From: Kiritimatiellales bacterium
GTDB taxonomy: Bacteria > Verrucomicrobiota > Kiritimatiellia > Kiritimatiellales > Pontiellaceae
Assembly (NCBI GenBank): GCA_030630445.1
Contig: DAOVNC010000001.1
Location: 1 to 38,501 of the forward strand
Direction of reading: 5' to 3'
DNA length: 38,501 nucleotides
Of the stretch, positions 1-9,099 are shown in pieces. The notes below the pieces were generated by a model that saw only the letters and a program-made list of their open reading frames with translations, ran no database searches and was not told the DNA's origin. Positions within the stretch are counted from its first letter, which is position 1; each line of letters begins with the position of its first letter. A program made the position numbers and the translations under genes.

Positions 1-363
1 GAATATGAAAAAGATGAGTTTAAAAAGAGTTTAAGAACGTGGACAAATCTTTATTCTTTTCTTGCTCAAATAATGCCATTTAAAGAACCTGAATTTGAGA
101 AGTTTTATGCTTATGCAAAACTACTTCAAACCAAACTGCCTAAAAAAGAATTGTCGGACAGTTTGCAACTTTCAGATGAGATTGCAATGGAGTATTATCG
201 TTTGCAAAAAATAAAAGAAGGCTCAATTGATTTAGTAAAAGGAGAAGATGGAGAATTAGACGGATTAAGCGAAGCAGGAATAAAAAGAGCAAAAGAAGAA
301 AAAGCAAGACTATCTGAAATCATTGAAGTTCTAAACGAAAGATTTGGAACTGAATTTGTTTGA
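1..363 (+). pseudogene. hsdR: C-terminal part of a type I restriction enzyme R subunit, apparently truncated at its 3' end (5' part lies outside the window)
   Basis: Frame open from base 1 (EYEKDEFKKSLRTWTNLYSFLAQIMPF...EKFYAYAKLL..KLP...LSEIIEVLNERFGTEF), matching the C-terminal region of type I HsdR as I recall it. About 30% GC versus much higher GC downstream. Stops immediately after NERFGTEF, where homologues usually continue. Confidence 0.7.
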
Positions 364-433
364 GGACTGGAAGGCCGAGTTGGTTCGGTTTGCGAATGAA
401 TTTGTGAAACAGGAAGGAGCGAGGCGACAATGA
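347..433 (+). pseudogene. Probable 3' remnant of dTDP-4-dehydrorhamnose reductase (RmlD/RfbD)
   Basis: Frame 2 reads [28 protein letters not shown]. This resembles the RmlD C-terminal 'LN...DW...L..F' helix, and its TGA overlaps the rfbA ATG (ATGA at 430-433), as expected for a translationally coupled upstream gene. Confidence 0.45.
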
Positions 434-1299
434 AAGGAATTATTCTGGCCGGGGGATCGGGAACCCGTTTGCATCCGGTAACGAAGGTGGTGAGCAAGCA
501 ATTGCTTCCGGTATACGACAAGCCGATGATCTACTACCCGCTTTCCACCCTGATGCTCACCGGCATTCGCGACGTGTTGATTATCAGCACTCCGCACGAT
601 CTTCCACTGTTCGAGCGATTGCTGGGCGATGGCTCGGAGCTTGGCATGCGCTTTTCCTATGCCGAACAACCGGCACCCGAGGGGTTGGCGCAGGCCTTTG
701 TGATTGGCCGGGAATTTATTGGGGACGATGATGTGTGCCTGATTCTCGGGGACAATATTTTCTACGGCATGCACTTTACCGCAACGCTTAAACGCGCACG
801 GGAGCGCACCAGCGGCGCCACCATCTTTGCCTATCCCGTGCGCGATCCGGAGCGCTACGGCGTCGTCGAGTTCGATAAAACCGGCAAAGCGCTTTCATTG
901 GAAGAAAAGCCCGAAAGCCCGAAGTCCAACTATGCGATTCCCGGCCTCTATTTCTATGACAACCGGGTGGTTGAAATTGCCGCAACCCTCAAACCCTCGC
1001 CCCGTGGCGAGCTGGAGATTACGGATGTGAACAGGCAATATCTCGAATGGGGCGAGCTTAGTGTCGAATCCCTTGATCGCGGCTTCGCCTGGCTGGACAC
1101 CGGCACCCACGATTCCCTGCACGAAGCTTCTGCCTTTGTGGAAACCATCGAAAAACGGACAGGCCTCAAGATTTCCTGTGTTGAAGAGATTGCGTGGAAT
1201 CGCGGGTATATCGATGATGCCCAGCTTCTTAAGACCGGGCAGTCCATGCACAAGAATCCGTATGGTGGATACCTGCTGGAACTTCTGAAGAATCGATAG
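430..1299 (+). CDS. rfbA: Glucose-1-phosphate thymidylyltransferase
   Basis: [46 protein letters not shown] and WLDTGT motifs; GGAG RBS upstream. Confidence 0.97.
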   Translation: MKGIILAGGSGTRLHPVTKVVSKQLLPVYDKPMIYYPLSTLMLTGIRDVLIISTPHDLPLFERLLGDGSELGMRFSYAEQPAPEGLAQAFVIGREFIGDDDVCLILGDNIFYGMHFTATLKRARERTSGATIFAYPVRDPERYGVVEFDKTGKALSLEEKPESPKSNYAIPGLYFYDNRVVEIAATLKPSPRGELEITDVNRQYLEWGELSVESLDRGFAWLDTGTHDSLHEASAFVETIEKRTGLKISCVEEIAWNRGYIDDAQLLKTGQSMHKNPYGGYLLELLKNR

Positions 1300-1309
1300 G
1301 GTGGCTACG

Positions 1310-1948
1310 ATGGAACCTATCCATTTATCTGATGACTTAATCTTTGCCGAAGGCGGACGACGCTATTGTTTTGTTCATCCAGATGATCCGAATAAATGCG
1401 TGAAAACGCTTAACCCCAACGGCGATCCCCGCAAACGGAAAAAAGAGGCGGTTTGGTATAAAAAACTACGGCCGGTTTCCATGTTCGATGACAACAAGCG
1501 CGAACTAAAATCCTTCGAGGAACTGGCAAAAAAAGGCGAAGCGGTCTGGAACCATTTTCCGCATTGCTACGGCATTCAGTCAACCAACCGGGGCGATGGA
1601 ATTGTTACCGACCTGATCCGCGATGCGGATGGTCTTGTTTCAAAAACCGTCCGGCAATATGTGGCGGCCAACGGGAAAACGACTGAACTGCTGGGTGCAT
1701 TGGAAGCGTTTTTTAATCTATTTCGCAAGCACCTGATTATCACCCGTGATGTGCTCGATCATAATTTGGTCGTGCAGGCGGGCGATGAAAAGCTGACCAT
1801 CTACATGATCGATGGCTTTGGCTCTTCCGAGGTATTGCCGTTCTCCCGGTGGTTGGAGTCGGTCGGAGAAAAAAAAGTAGCGCGGAAGATTGCGCGGTTC
1901 TCAGCTCGCTACAATTTGAATCTGCGCCAAAAGCCGGTGAGTAAATGA
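1310..1948 (+). CDS. YrbL-family (PhoP regulatory network), kinase-like protein
   Basis: G-G-R-x-C-F-x-H-P-x-D-x-x-K-C-V-K N-terminus, 'HFPHCYG...TNRGDG.V..LIRD.DG..S.T', and 'D...HN' and 'IDGFG' motifs. ATG at 1310 preferred over GTG at 1301. Confidence 0.75.
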   Translation: MEPIHLSDDLIFAEGGRRYCFVHPDDPNKCVKTLNPNGDPRKRKKEAVWYKKLRPVSMFDDNKRELKSFEELAKKGEAVWNHFPHCYGIQSTNRGDGIVTDLIRDADGLVSKTVRQYVAANGKTTELLGALEAFFNLFRKHLIITRDVLDHNLVVQAGDEKLTIYMIDGFGSSEVLPFSRWLESVGEKKVARKIARFSARYNLNLRQKPVSK

Positions 1949-2742
1949 AGACGGGTTGCTTTGTTATTACGCTTGATCCGAAGAGTCCCGGTGTTCGTGG
2001 ACTGCTTGATGAGTTGGCCCGCCAGGGGATTGCTGTAGACTTGTTTTCGGCTGTTGACGGCCGGAGGGGGGTGCCACCGCTTGAGCCCGGTGAGGAAGTC
2101 GATCAGCAGAAGGCACTCCTGCGAAAGCGTGCCCCACTGAATTCATCCGAGGTTGGGTGTTATCTGTCGCACTATCGATTGATCAAATCAACTTATCACG
2201 CTGGCATTGACAAACTTTGTGTCTTCGAAGACGACATAGGGATTGAGGCTGGATTAAGTGATGTGCTCCGCGATATTTATACATTGCCAGAAGAATTTGA
2301 GTTTGTTCGATTGATGGGGCTGAGGGTTCGTGAAAGGAAGGTTGTAAGGGGTTTGCCCAGCGGTCGGCTACTTGTGCGGCCGTGCCGCGGTTTGCAGGGG
2401 ACGCAAGGCTATGTGGTGAACCGGAACGGCATGGAAAAAATACTTCGGCATGGACGGGTGCTGGATTTGCCGATTGATATTTTCTATGACACCTTCTGGG
2501 AAACGGATCTGAAATGCTATGGCATTGAACCTCATGCGATTTATGAACGCGATCTGGGATCATCCATTAAGAAAGCAAAGGAAACCGGGGTTAGTCATGC
2601 GCTTCCGGTTTTGTTGCGATGGCATCTTGGGAAGGTGATAAAAAGTGTTCGCCGCATATTATACCTAAACCAACACAGGTCTGCCTTTTACCCAAATGAA
2701 AAACCCAAGGGAATGCCGGGGCGTACTGAACGCATGAAATAG
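1945..2742 (+). CDS. Glycosyltransferase family 25 (LPS/LOS biosynthesis)
   Basis: 'FSAVDG', 'EVGCYLSH', 'VFEDD', 'GTQGYVV' and 'PID' are GT25 motifs; ATGA-type overlap with the preceding gene. Confidence 0.9.
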   Translation: MKTGCFVITLDPKSPGVRGLLDELARQGIAVDLFSAVDGRRGVPPLEPGEEVDQQKALLRKRAPLNSSEVGCYLSHYRLIKSTYHAGIDKLCVFEDDIGIEAGLSDVLRDIYTLPEEFEFVRLMGLRVRERKVVRGLPSGRLLVRPCRGLQGTQGYVVNRNGMEKILRHGRVLDLPIDIFYDTFWETDLKCYGIEPHAIYERDLGSSIKKAKETGVSHALPVLLRWHLGKVIKSVRRILYLNQHRSAFYPNEKPKGMPGRTERMK

Positions 2743-2787
2743 CCGGGGGGTTGAAGCCATGGAGAGGCAGGGAATGCCTAATGCGTT

Positions 2788-3714
2788 ATGAATACAGACA
2801 TCAATGTGATAGCACGGCCTGAATTGAAGCAGTTAGAGGCTCTAAGGGAATCTATCCTTAATGAGTTGTCCCCCCGGCTGGCGGGCAAACGTGTAGCCTA
2901 TCTGGATATGCCGATTCACCTCAATTTTGGTGACTTGTTGATCGAAAAAGGAACCTATCATTTTTTTAATGAGGTGAACGTTGACCTCTGGAACAGGGTA
3001 TCGCTGCTTGATCAGAAAAGATTGTTCCATCAGCACATTCCTTTGGATGTAATCCTTGTTCTCCATGGAGGCGGTAACTTTGGGGATATCTACCCTTATC
3101 ATCAAGATTTTAGACTCAAGGTGGTTGATGCCTTTCCAGATCATCAAATTATCATGCTTCCGCAATCTATCCATTTTAATGAGGAAGACACCTTCAAGGC
3201 TCAATCTGGAATTATAAACCGGCACAGCAATCTAAAACTGTATGCTCGAGATCAATATTCGTATGATTTTTTGACCCGTGGCATTGATGCGGAAAAGGTC
3301 GGTCTATTGCCGGATATGGCCATGATGCTGTTGGGGAGCTGGGACTGGAAAAAAAAACAAGAGGACAAAACTTTGATATTCCGCAGAAAGGATGCTGAGT
3401 CCATGGTGGGAGCACAGGAGGGTTCTTTTGACTGGAGAGACCTTGTTTCGCGGCATGACCGGAAGAATTACCGGTTGTTAAAACGACTGTTTAAGCTACA
3501 GAATCAGTTTTGTTGCGATTTAGGAGCCCACGCTTTGTGGCCGCGCTTTCGTGATGGAATGATTGAAAAAGCCGTTTTCCACTGCCGGCAGTATGGATGT
3601 ATTGATACAGACCGTTTGCATGGTTTTATCCTAGCGCAGCTTTTAGGAATTCCTGCAATCTGCCGTGATAATTCCTATGGAAAAATTGCACGCTACACCC
3701 AGGCTTGGCTTTGA
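2788..3714 (+). CDS. Polysaccharide pyruvyl transferase family protein
   Basis: 'P.H.NFGD', 'HGGGNFGDIY', 'LPQSI', 'RD..SY', 'PDMA', 'TDRLHG.I' and 'DNSYGKI' motifs. Confidence 0.9.
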   Translation: MNTDINVIARPELKQLEALRESILNELSPRLAGKRVAYLDMPIHLNFGDLLIEKGTYHFFNEVNVDLWNRVSLLDQKRLFHQHIPLDVILVLHGGGNFGDIYPYHQDFRLKVVDAFPDHQIIMLPQSIHFNEEDTFKAQSGIINRHSNLKLYARDQYSYDFLTRGIDAEKVGLLPDMAMMLLGSWDWKKKQEDKTLIFRRKDAESMVGAQEGSFDWRDLVSRHDRKNYRLLKRLFKLQNQFCCDLGAHALWPRFRDGMIEKAVFHCRQYGCIDTDRLHGFILAQLLGIPAICRDNSYGKIARYTQAWL

Positions 3715-3724
3715 GTTGGGCTGA

Positions 3725-4891
3725 TCATTTACCTCTCAAACGACGGGATTCTGCTTTGATTCGGCGTTTCAGGTAATAAGGCCAGACCGGTCTCCGCAAG
3801 ACGTTTCGCAACGCCCTCCTGAGTTGCTCTGTTTCTTTGACATCCCTCAAGGCATCTAGGTTCTCTTTAATGAAGGCCCGCGTGTTGTCGTCATAGGCTT
3901 TGATTTTGGAAACTAGTCGAAGGTTTAGTTTTGAATCAAAGGTTGTACAGCGTTCCAATGCCTCGTTCGCCGCAAGGTTAATCATTGTTCTGATGCATTT
4001 TTCACATTGCCCGCAGTTGTAGGATCCATTTGGGTTTTTCCAGCAGACCCGAAGGCTTTCAAGGGCAATATCAGATTGGGCAATCAACTTAACTTTTTCT
4101 ACTCGCGTCGCCTCGCATCCGTCATGGATGAATTTAAGCGACTCCGTACTCCACAGAGGATCCAGCACCGGATGCGAACCCCATGGAAACAGTTCTGCAT
4201 AGGTGTGGGTTGCTGGAATAAAAATACGCCGAAAATGTGGTGATAGCAGATGACCGATTGTTGCCAGAGCTGCACCATGTGCAAGGGGACCCCATTTTAC
4301 ATATGGGTTTAGCAGGTCGCGTAGGTTCGTTTCGATTTCTATGAGGTTCTTTCCTAGCCGTTTTGCGATCGTATTTATTTTTTCTGAGGTTTTGTTTCGC
4401 AATGCGGTATCGGAAAGGCGGATGTCAAAGCCATGTACAAAGATGATGTCAGTGATTTCGTCCTGTTTTTTCAATAGGGTATAGAAAGAGTCTACGCCGC
4501 CGGAGAAAAAGGTGCCGACCCGTTCTTTTTCGGTTGGTTCTTCGGCAGGTGCGGTTCCGTTGATTTTGATTCGATGTAGCGTTGGATCCCATGAACGGTA
4601 AATATCCTGAATTGTGTTGGAGATTGTATCAAAGAACAGAGGGCTTACTTTCTCCTCCATAAACAGGCTTTCTCCCCCGACCCGCATGCTGGGTAGCAGG
4701 GTTGCGGATAGAAAGGCCTCTGGGCTGGCTGCCAATAGCGCATCTTTTGACTTGAAGTATATAGTGTAGTCTTTCCCGCCGATCAGCAGGTCGGCCTCTG
4801 TGGTTACTGTGTGCCCCGTGGTAGAAGAGTGAATATGGGTTATTTGGTTTGGCATGTTTGCTGTCCCTTTATTTAAAGATCGATATTCCAT
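3725..4891 (-). CDS. Hypothetical PP-loop (QueC-like adenine nucleotide alpha-hydrolase) protein with C-terminal Cys cluster
   Basis: FFSGGVDS PP-loop and C-x9-C-G-x-C-x-K-C (CWKNPNGSYNCGQCEKC). Start may be the second Met at 4855. Confidence 0.7.
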   Translation of the reverse strand: MEYRSLNKGTANMPNQITHIHSSTTGHTVTTEADLLIGGKDYTIYFKSKDALLAASPEAFLSATLLPSMRVGGESLFMEEKVSPLFFDTISNTIQDIYRSWDPTLHRIKINGTAPAEEPTEKERVGTFFSGGVDSFYTLLKKQDEITDIIFVHGFDIRLSDTALRNKTSEKINTIAKRLGKNLIEIETNLRDLLNPYVKWGPLAHGAALATIGHLLSPHFRRIFIPATHTYAELFPWGSHPVLDPLWSTESLKFIHDGCEATRVEKVKLIAQSDIALESLRVCWKNPNGSYNCGQCEKCIRTMINLAANEALERCTTFDSKLNLRLVSKIKAYDDNTRAFIKENLDALRDVKETEQLRRALRNVLRRPVWPYYLKRRIKAESRRLRGK

Positions 4892-4892
4892 C

Positions 4893-5918
4893 TTATCTAT
4901 AAACTTCAGCTTGCCAGATGTAGTCGTTGGAATAGGGTTGTCCGAGGGTGGTTTCGATCATGAACTTGACGATCCGCTGGCCGGAAAAGTGTTCGTGGTA
5001 GAAGGCGCGTCCGGCGGCGGCTACGGCTTGGCGTTTTGCATCATCATTCTGAAACTCGATTGCTTTTTGAATTAGCTCGTCTTCGTTGCTGAAGAAGGCG
5101 ACGTGTTCGTCGGTGAAGAAGTGGCGCATATCACCTTTATCCCATACGAAGGCCAGTAGGCCATTCCCCATGAGTTGCGAGAGGCGGGCCGAGGTATACC
5201 AGGGCCAGTCTTCAAAGCGGTTGAGGTTGAGCCCCATTTTACTGGTGGCCAGCACCTGATCGTAGGCATGGCTCCATACGGGAGGCTTGCCATAAATTCC
5301 GTAGGTTTCAAAGCGTAGCTGATCTTTTATCTTTTCATGCAGACTGACGATTAGCGGATAGCGGTCGTCGGTCTTTGCTCCTTTTCCGCAATACATTAGA
5401 TCGCGCTCAAATTCGGTTTTTTGCGAGTTATCCATGTCCTCAACCGCCGGATCGGTGGCGTTGGGAATGTGGCCTACAATGTTTTTCCCGGTAGAAAACT
5501 GTTTGAGCGGGTCGCCGGCTGTGGTTACAAAGATGGCATCCACTACCTCCTTGCGCCAGTTAATGACCTTGATGTTGCGCTCCCTCCAAAGTGGATCGAC
5601 ATTGCGATAGATGATCGGAACGGCGGGCATTAGCTTTTTGATCTCAAGCAAGGTTTTATTCGTGATCAGGTCGCTGTGGCCGATCAGGATCACATCGGGT
5701 CTGAAATTATCGCAGGTTTCGATGAAGCGTCGGTTGGCAGCCCGAATACCCAGGGGCTTGATATTCAGCGGTGCCTCAAATTTGGCAATGTCGCGTTCGC
5801 TGTACTCACAAACCTTCCAGTTGTTGCGAATCATGCCGTTGAACAGCTTGCGGCCAGTAGCAACCTTGGTTTGGCCGTAACGCCGGATCATCATATTGTC
5901 GGAGTGGATAATGCGCAT
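4893..5918 (-). CDS. GT-B glycosyltransferase (CgeB/Glyco_trans_1_2-like)
   Basis: 'PDVILIGH.D', 'NVDP', 'SKMGLNLNR', 'YTSARL..LMGNG', 'AAAGR'. Start placed at ATG 5918 (MRIIH) to avoid overlap with the upstream gene. Confidence 0.8.
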   Translation of the reverse strand: MRIIHSDNMMIRRYGQTKVATGRKLFNGMIRNNWKVCEYSERDIAKFEAPLNIKPLGIRAANRRFIETCDNFRPDVILIGHSDLITNKTLLEIKKLMPAVPIIYRNVDPLWRERNIKVINWRKEVVDAIFVTTAGDPLKQFSTGKNIVGHIPNATDPAVEDMDNSQKTEFERDLMYCGKGAKTDDRYPLIVSLHEKIKDQLRFETYGIYGKPPVWSHAYDQVLATSKMGLNLNRFEDWPWYTSARLSQLMGNGLLAFVWDKGDMRHFFTDEHVAFFSNEDELIQKAIEFQNDDAKRQAVAAAGRAFYHEHFSGQRIVKFMIETTLGQPYSNDYIWQAEVYR

Positions 5919-5928
5919 GGTGGATAAT

Positions 5929-6843
5929 CTATTTGAGTTCCTGAGTGAGGTTATATCGATCAAAGACCGCCTTGATCTTCTGGTCGTTGCCATGAGAGGT
6001 TTGTTTATTGCGTCGCTTTAAGGAGGTTTCCTGAGAACCCTCGATGGTTAAGAAGTTGGTCATGAAGTGACGGTGTCCGGGTACGACCCTGCACGGGGTA
6101 CCTTTTTTTAGACTCATGGCTTTTAACCAAACATCGTCCGCTCCGGGGGCCAGCTCAAGGAAGGCCTCTTGATTGGCAATTTCAGGATCAAAGCAACCGG
6201 GGAAGTATAACACACCGCCGACGCCTGTAGGGAAGATGAGTTTGGAGGGACTGGTGTCGTTTCTGGACCAGTCCCATTGCTTGTAGGGATTGATCTCTCC
6301 ATTGTCATTGAATGTGATCTTGTGCCCGCGATGGCAATGAACGGTGTTCGGAAATTGTAAGAAGGATTTATAGAGTTGATCGATCGTGTCGATGGGATAG
6401 AGAAAATCATCGTCGACCGTAATTAAAAGGCTGTTGGGATATTTTTGTAGGGTGTAGTGATATTTGGTGTAGGGGCCTAGGTCTTTTTTGCAGAAAAGGA
6501 TTTCGAGGCCCCGTTTTTGCTGTAGTTTTAGCGTTTCGGGTAGCATTTGTTCTGAAAAATCCTCGGAAGAAATGCAGAGGACGATTTTGTCGGGCTTGAG
6601 CGATTGTTGCATAATACTTTCGATCGTAAGGTAGGCATCGTGGATTCGCTTACCGAAGGAGGTTAGCGAAACAACCAGTTCATGCCCGGCGTTGTTGCCG
6701 ATGCCCGATTCTTTACTGTGCAGCGTTTTGTCCTCGAGAAGCAGGCATCGTTGAATGGTTTTATGGCGCGTCATGGCGTCGTCGAATTTTCGTTTCTGCT
6801 TGGCCCTGCGCTTCTGTTTGAAATGAACATGTAGTTTTTTCAT
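5929..6843 (-). CDS. GT-A fold glycosyltransferase-like protein
   Basis: 'VVSLTSFGKRI', 'DLGPYTKY', 'ITVDDD..YP', 'PTGVGGVLY.PG' and 'ADDVWL' motifs. Confidence 0.8.
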   Translation of the reverse strand: MKKLHVHFKQKRRAKQKRKFDDAMTRHKTIQRCLLLEDKTLHSKESGIGNNAGHELVVSLTSFGKRIHDAYLTIESIMQQSLKPDKIVLCISSEDFSEQMLPETLKLQQKRGLEILFCKKDLGPYTKYHYTLQKYPNSLLITVDDDFLYPIDTIDQLYKSFLQFPNTVHCHRGHKITFNDNGEINPYKQWDWSRNDTSPSKLIFPTGVGGVLYFPGCFDPEIANQEAFLELAPGADDVWLKAMSLKKGTPCRVVPGHRHFMTNFLTIEGSQETSLKRRNKQTSHGNDQKIKAVFDRYNLTQELK

Positions 6844-6908
6844 TAAGTATCTTCTTTTCTGGAGAGGAAAACCTATATGTTTTGTCCGTTAAGGGAAATG
6901 TTTAGTTT

Positions 6909-7946
6909 ATGAAAATCACTCAAATCATGCTGGGAAAAGGATTCGGCGGAGCCGAACGGTCGTTCGTGGATACCGCACTGGCACTGGCTGCGCGGGGACA
7001 CGAGGTTCAGGCGATCTGCCATCGGAAGTTTGTAAAGCGTGGTCTGTTGGAAAATGTATCTGGCCTACAGCTCGAAACCATCAAGGCGGGGGGGGAGTTG
7101 GATTGGTTCACACCGCGCCGGATTGCAAAGCTGATCCGCCAGTTTCAGCCGGAGATTGTGCACACGCAATTGAAGCGGGCGGCGTGGCATGGCGGGCGCG
7201 GTGCACATATGGCCGGAGTTCTGGTGGTCTCCAAGCTGCACAACTATGTCAAGCTTGAGCGCTATCGCTATGTCCATACCCTGATCGGCACCACGGAAGA
7301 TCAACGCCAGCATGCGCTGAAGCTAAACTGGCCGGAGGATCGCGTTACCGTAATCCCTAATTTCTCGCGCGTTCTTCCGGTTGAAAGCGCTCGTGCTCCT
7401 GGGCAGCGCCCCCTGCGCCTGCTTACCTATGGACGCTATGTGCACAAGAAGGGTTTTGATGTTTTATTGAAAGCCCTGCGGAAGCTGATCGATAGCGGAG
7501 TGGATGCAACGCTTACGATTGGGGGAAGCGGCCCGGAGTTGGAAGCGCTGTCGGCGTTGGCGGAAGAACTCGGCATTGCGGACAAGGTGGCTCTTGGTAT
7601 CTGGATCGACGATGTGGCTGCCGCACTGGATCAGGCCGATGTGTTTGTGCTGCCTTCGCGTGACGAGCCGTTTGGAATTGTGATGCTGGAGGCGATGGCG
7701 CGTGGTCTTCCGATCATTACCTCCCGTACGCAGGGACCTTCGCAGGTGCTGACGGATGAAACAGCCTATTTTGCGGATATTGATTCCGTTGAAATGCTGG
7801 CGGATGCACTACAGCAGGTGGTGGAGAATCCAGAGAAGGCTAAGGGAAAAGCAGTTGCGGCATTGGAACTCTATTGTACGACCTACCACGAAGATGCGGT
7901 GCTACCCCGGTTTGAGGCGCTCTACCGGTCGGTTAGCTCGCGGTAG
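6909..7946 (+). CDS. Glycosyltransferase family 4
   Basis: 'GGAER', 'GRYVHKKGFDVLL' and 'PSRDEPFGIVMLEAMA.GLP' (EX7E) motifs. Confidence 0.92.
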   Translation: MKITQIMLGKGFGGAERSFVDTALALAARGHEVQAICHRKFVKRGLLENVSGLQLETIKAGGELDWFTPRRIAKLIRQFQPEIVHTQLKRAAWHGGRGAHMAGVLVVSKLHNYVKLERYRYVHTLIGTTEDQRQHALKLNWPEDRVTVIPNFSRVLPVESARAPGQRPLRLLTYGRYVHKKGFDVLLKALRKLIDSGVDATLTIGGSGPELEALSALAEELGIADKVALGIWIDDVAAALDQADVFVLPSRDEPFGIVMLEAMARGLPIITSRTQGPSQVLTDETAYFADIDSVEMLADALQQVVENPEKAKGKAVAALELYCTTYHEDAVLPRFEALYRSVSSR

Positions 7947-9013
7947 ACCGCGAGCTCGGTTTCGGTCATGTGGGCAAGGCTAAAGCTTGCATCGATGTGT
8001 TCCCGCATATTGGAAAAACCGAATTCCAAGGATTGGAAGATTTTTTCTGCCAGGGCTTCGTGATCGTTCGGCGGGAAGAAGAATCCGTTTTCTCCATCCA
8101 GCAGGATATCGAGTGAGCCGCCGTGGGCGCTGGCCACCACCGGCGTGTTCATGGCTAGGGCTTCGGCGGCGGTGCGGCCAAAGGTTTCGGGTTTCGTCGA
8201 TGCGGCGGAAACCACGAGATTGCTGAGGGAATAGATTTCCCGCACCTGCGATTGCGAACCGACGAAACGAATGTCTGCGCCAAGATCCATGGCTAGTTTT
8301 TCCAGGGACTGGAGATAATCATCTTTCCCGTGCCACACGCCTCCTGCGGCAATACCGACAACTTCCGGGTGTTTCCTCTGCACTTCGGCCAAGGCTCGGA
8401 TGAAGCAGTCGTGCCCCTTCCATTCCGTAATGCGTCCGACCATCGTGATGATATAGCGGTCGGTCAGTTCATGCTTGTGCTTGAAGCCTTCGATAAAGCC
8501 GGAATCAACCTTTGCTGGATCGAAGTGTTCCATGTCGATGCCGCGCGGAATATATCGAAGAATCGATTCGTCGACGGCATAGTTATGGAGGATGTAGTCC
8601 TTGATGGAGCTGCTGCCGTAGATGACGCGGTCGCCCTTGAGCATGATTTCGCTGTATTTGCTAACGCTGTTGAAGCCGTGGACGGTGGTGACAAAGGGGA
8701 TGTGCAGCTTCTTGTTGGCGAACCAAGCCAGCCAAGCGGGTACGCGGCTGCGGGCGTGGAGAATATCAGGGTGTAATGCGTGAAGCGTATTGCGTAATTG
8801 GTGAACGCGGATGGGAACGGTCAACGGGTTTTTAGAGCAGACATCAAGGGTGATGTGCCGTCCTCTGTCTTGTTCGATCTGGCTTGCCAGTTCCCCTCCT
8901 TTGGAAATGACGGTGGATTGGTGACCGCGCTTGACGAGTTCGCGGCTGAATTCGACCGTCCCTCGCTCGACGCCCCCTTGGTTGAGTTCGGGTAGTATTT
9001 GAACAATATGCAT
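7922..9013 (-). CDS. Glycosyltransferase family 4
   Basis: 'LPEL..GGVERGT', 'HARSRVPAW', 'GRITEWKG' and 'PETFGR..AEALA' motifs. Start taken as ATG 9013. Confidence 0.92.
   Translation of the reverse strand: MHIVQILPELNQGGVERGTVEFSRELVKRGHQSTVISKGGELASQIEQDRGRHITLDVCSKNPLTVPIRVHQLRNTLHALHPDILHARSRVPAWLAWFANKKLHIPFVTTVHGFNSVSKYSEIMLKGDRVIYGSSSIKDYILHNYAVDESILRYIPRGIDMEHFDPAKVDSGFIEGFKHKHELTDRYIITMVGRITEWKGHDCFIRALAEVQRKHPEVVGIAAGGVWHGKDDYLQSLEKLAMDLGADIRFVGSQSQVREIYSLSNLVVSAASTKPETFGRTAAEALAMNTPVVASAHGGSLDILLDGENGFFFPPNDHEALAEKIFQSLEFGFSNMREHIDASFSLAHMTETELAVYRELTDR
8771..8805. repeat. Five degenerate heptamers inside the GT4 coding sequence
   Basis: gtgtaat gcgtgaa gcgtatt gcgtaat tggtgaa; encodes ..HQLRNTLHALH.. 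on the minus strand. Confidence 0.55.
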
Positions 9014-9024
9014 GGCTAGGTTTT

Positions 9025-9055
9025 TAACCACGGACTACACGGATTACACGGAAAA
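9025..9055. repeat. 9-bp tandem repeat CACGGA(C/T)TA, about 3 units
   Basis: taaccacggactacacggattacacggaaaa in the divergent GT4/msbA spacer. Confidence 0.75.
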
Positions 9056-9099
9056 TAACCAGATAATTTTACTTTCCGATTCGATTGCGTTTAGGGAGT

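Noticed and set aside
1869-3357. A8 (1869) and A9 (3349) tracts in LPS genes as phase-variation switches
   Set aside because: Both are in-frame Lys runs in relatively AT-rich genes and short for contingency loci; there is no evidence of variation.
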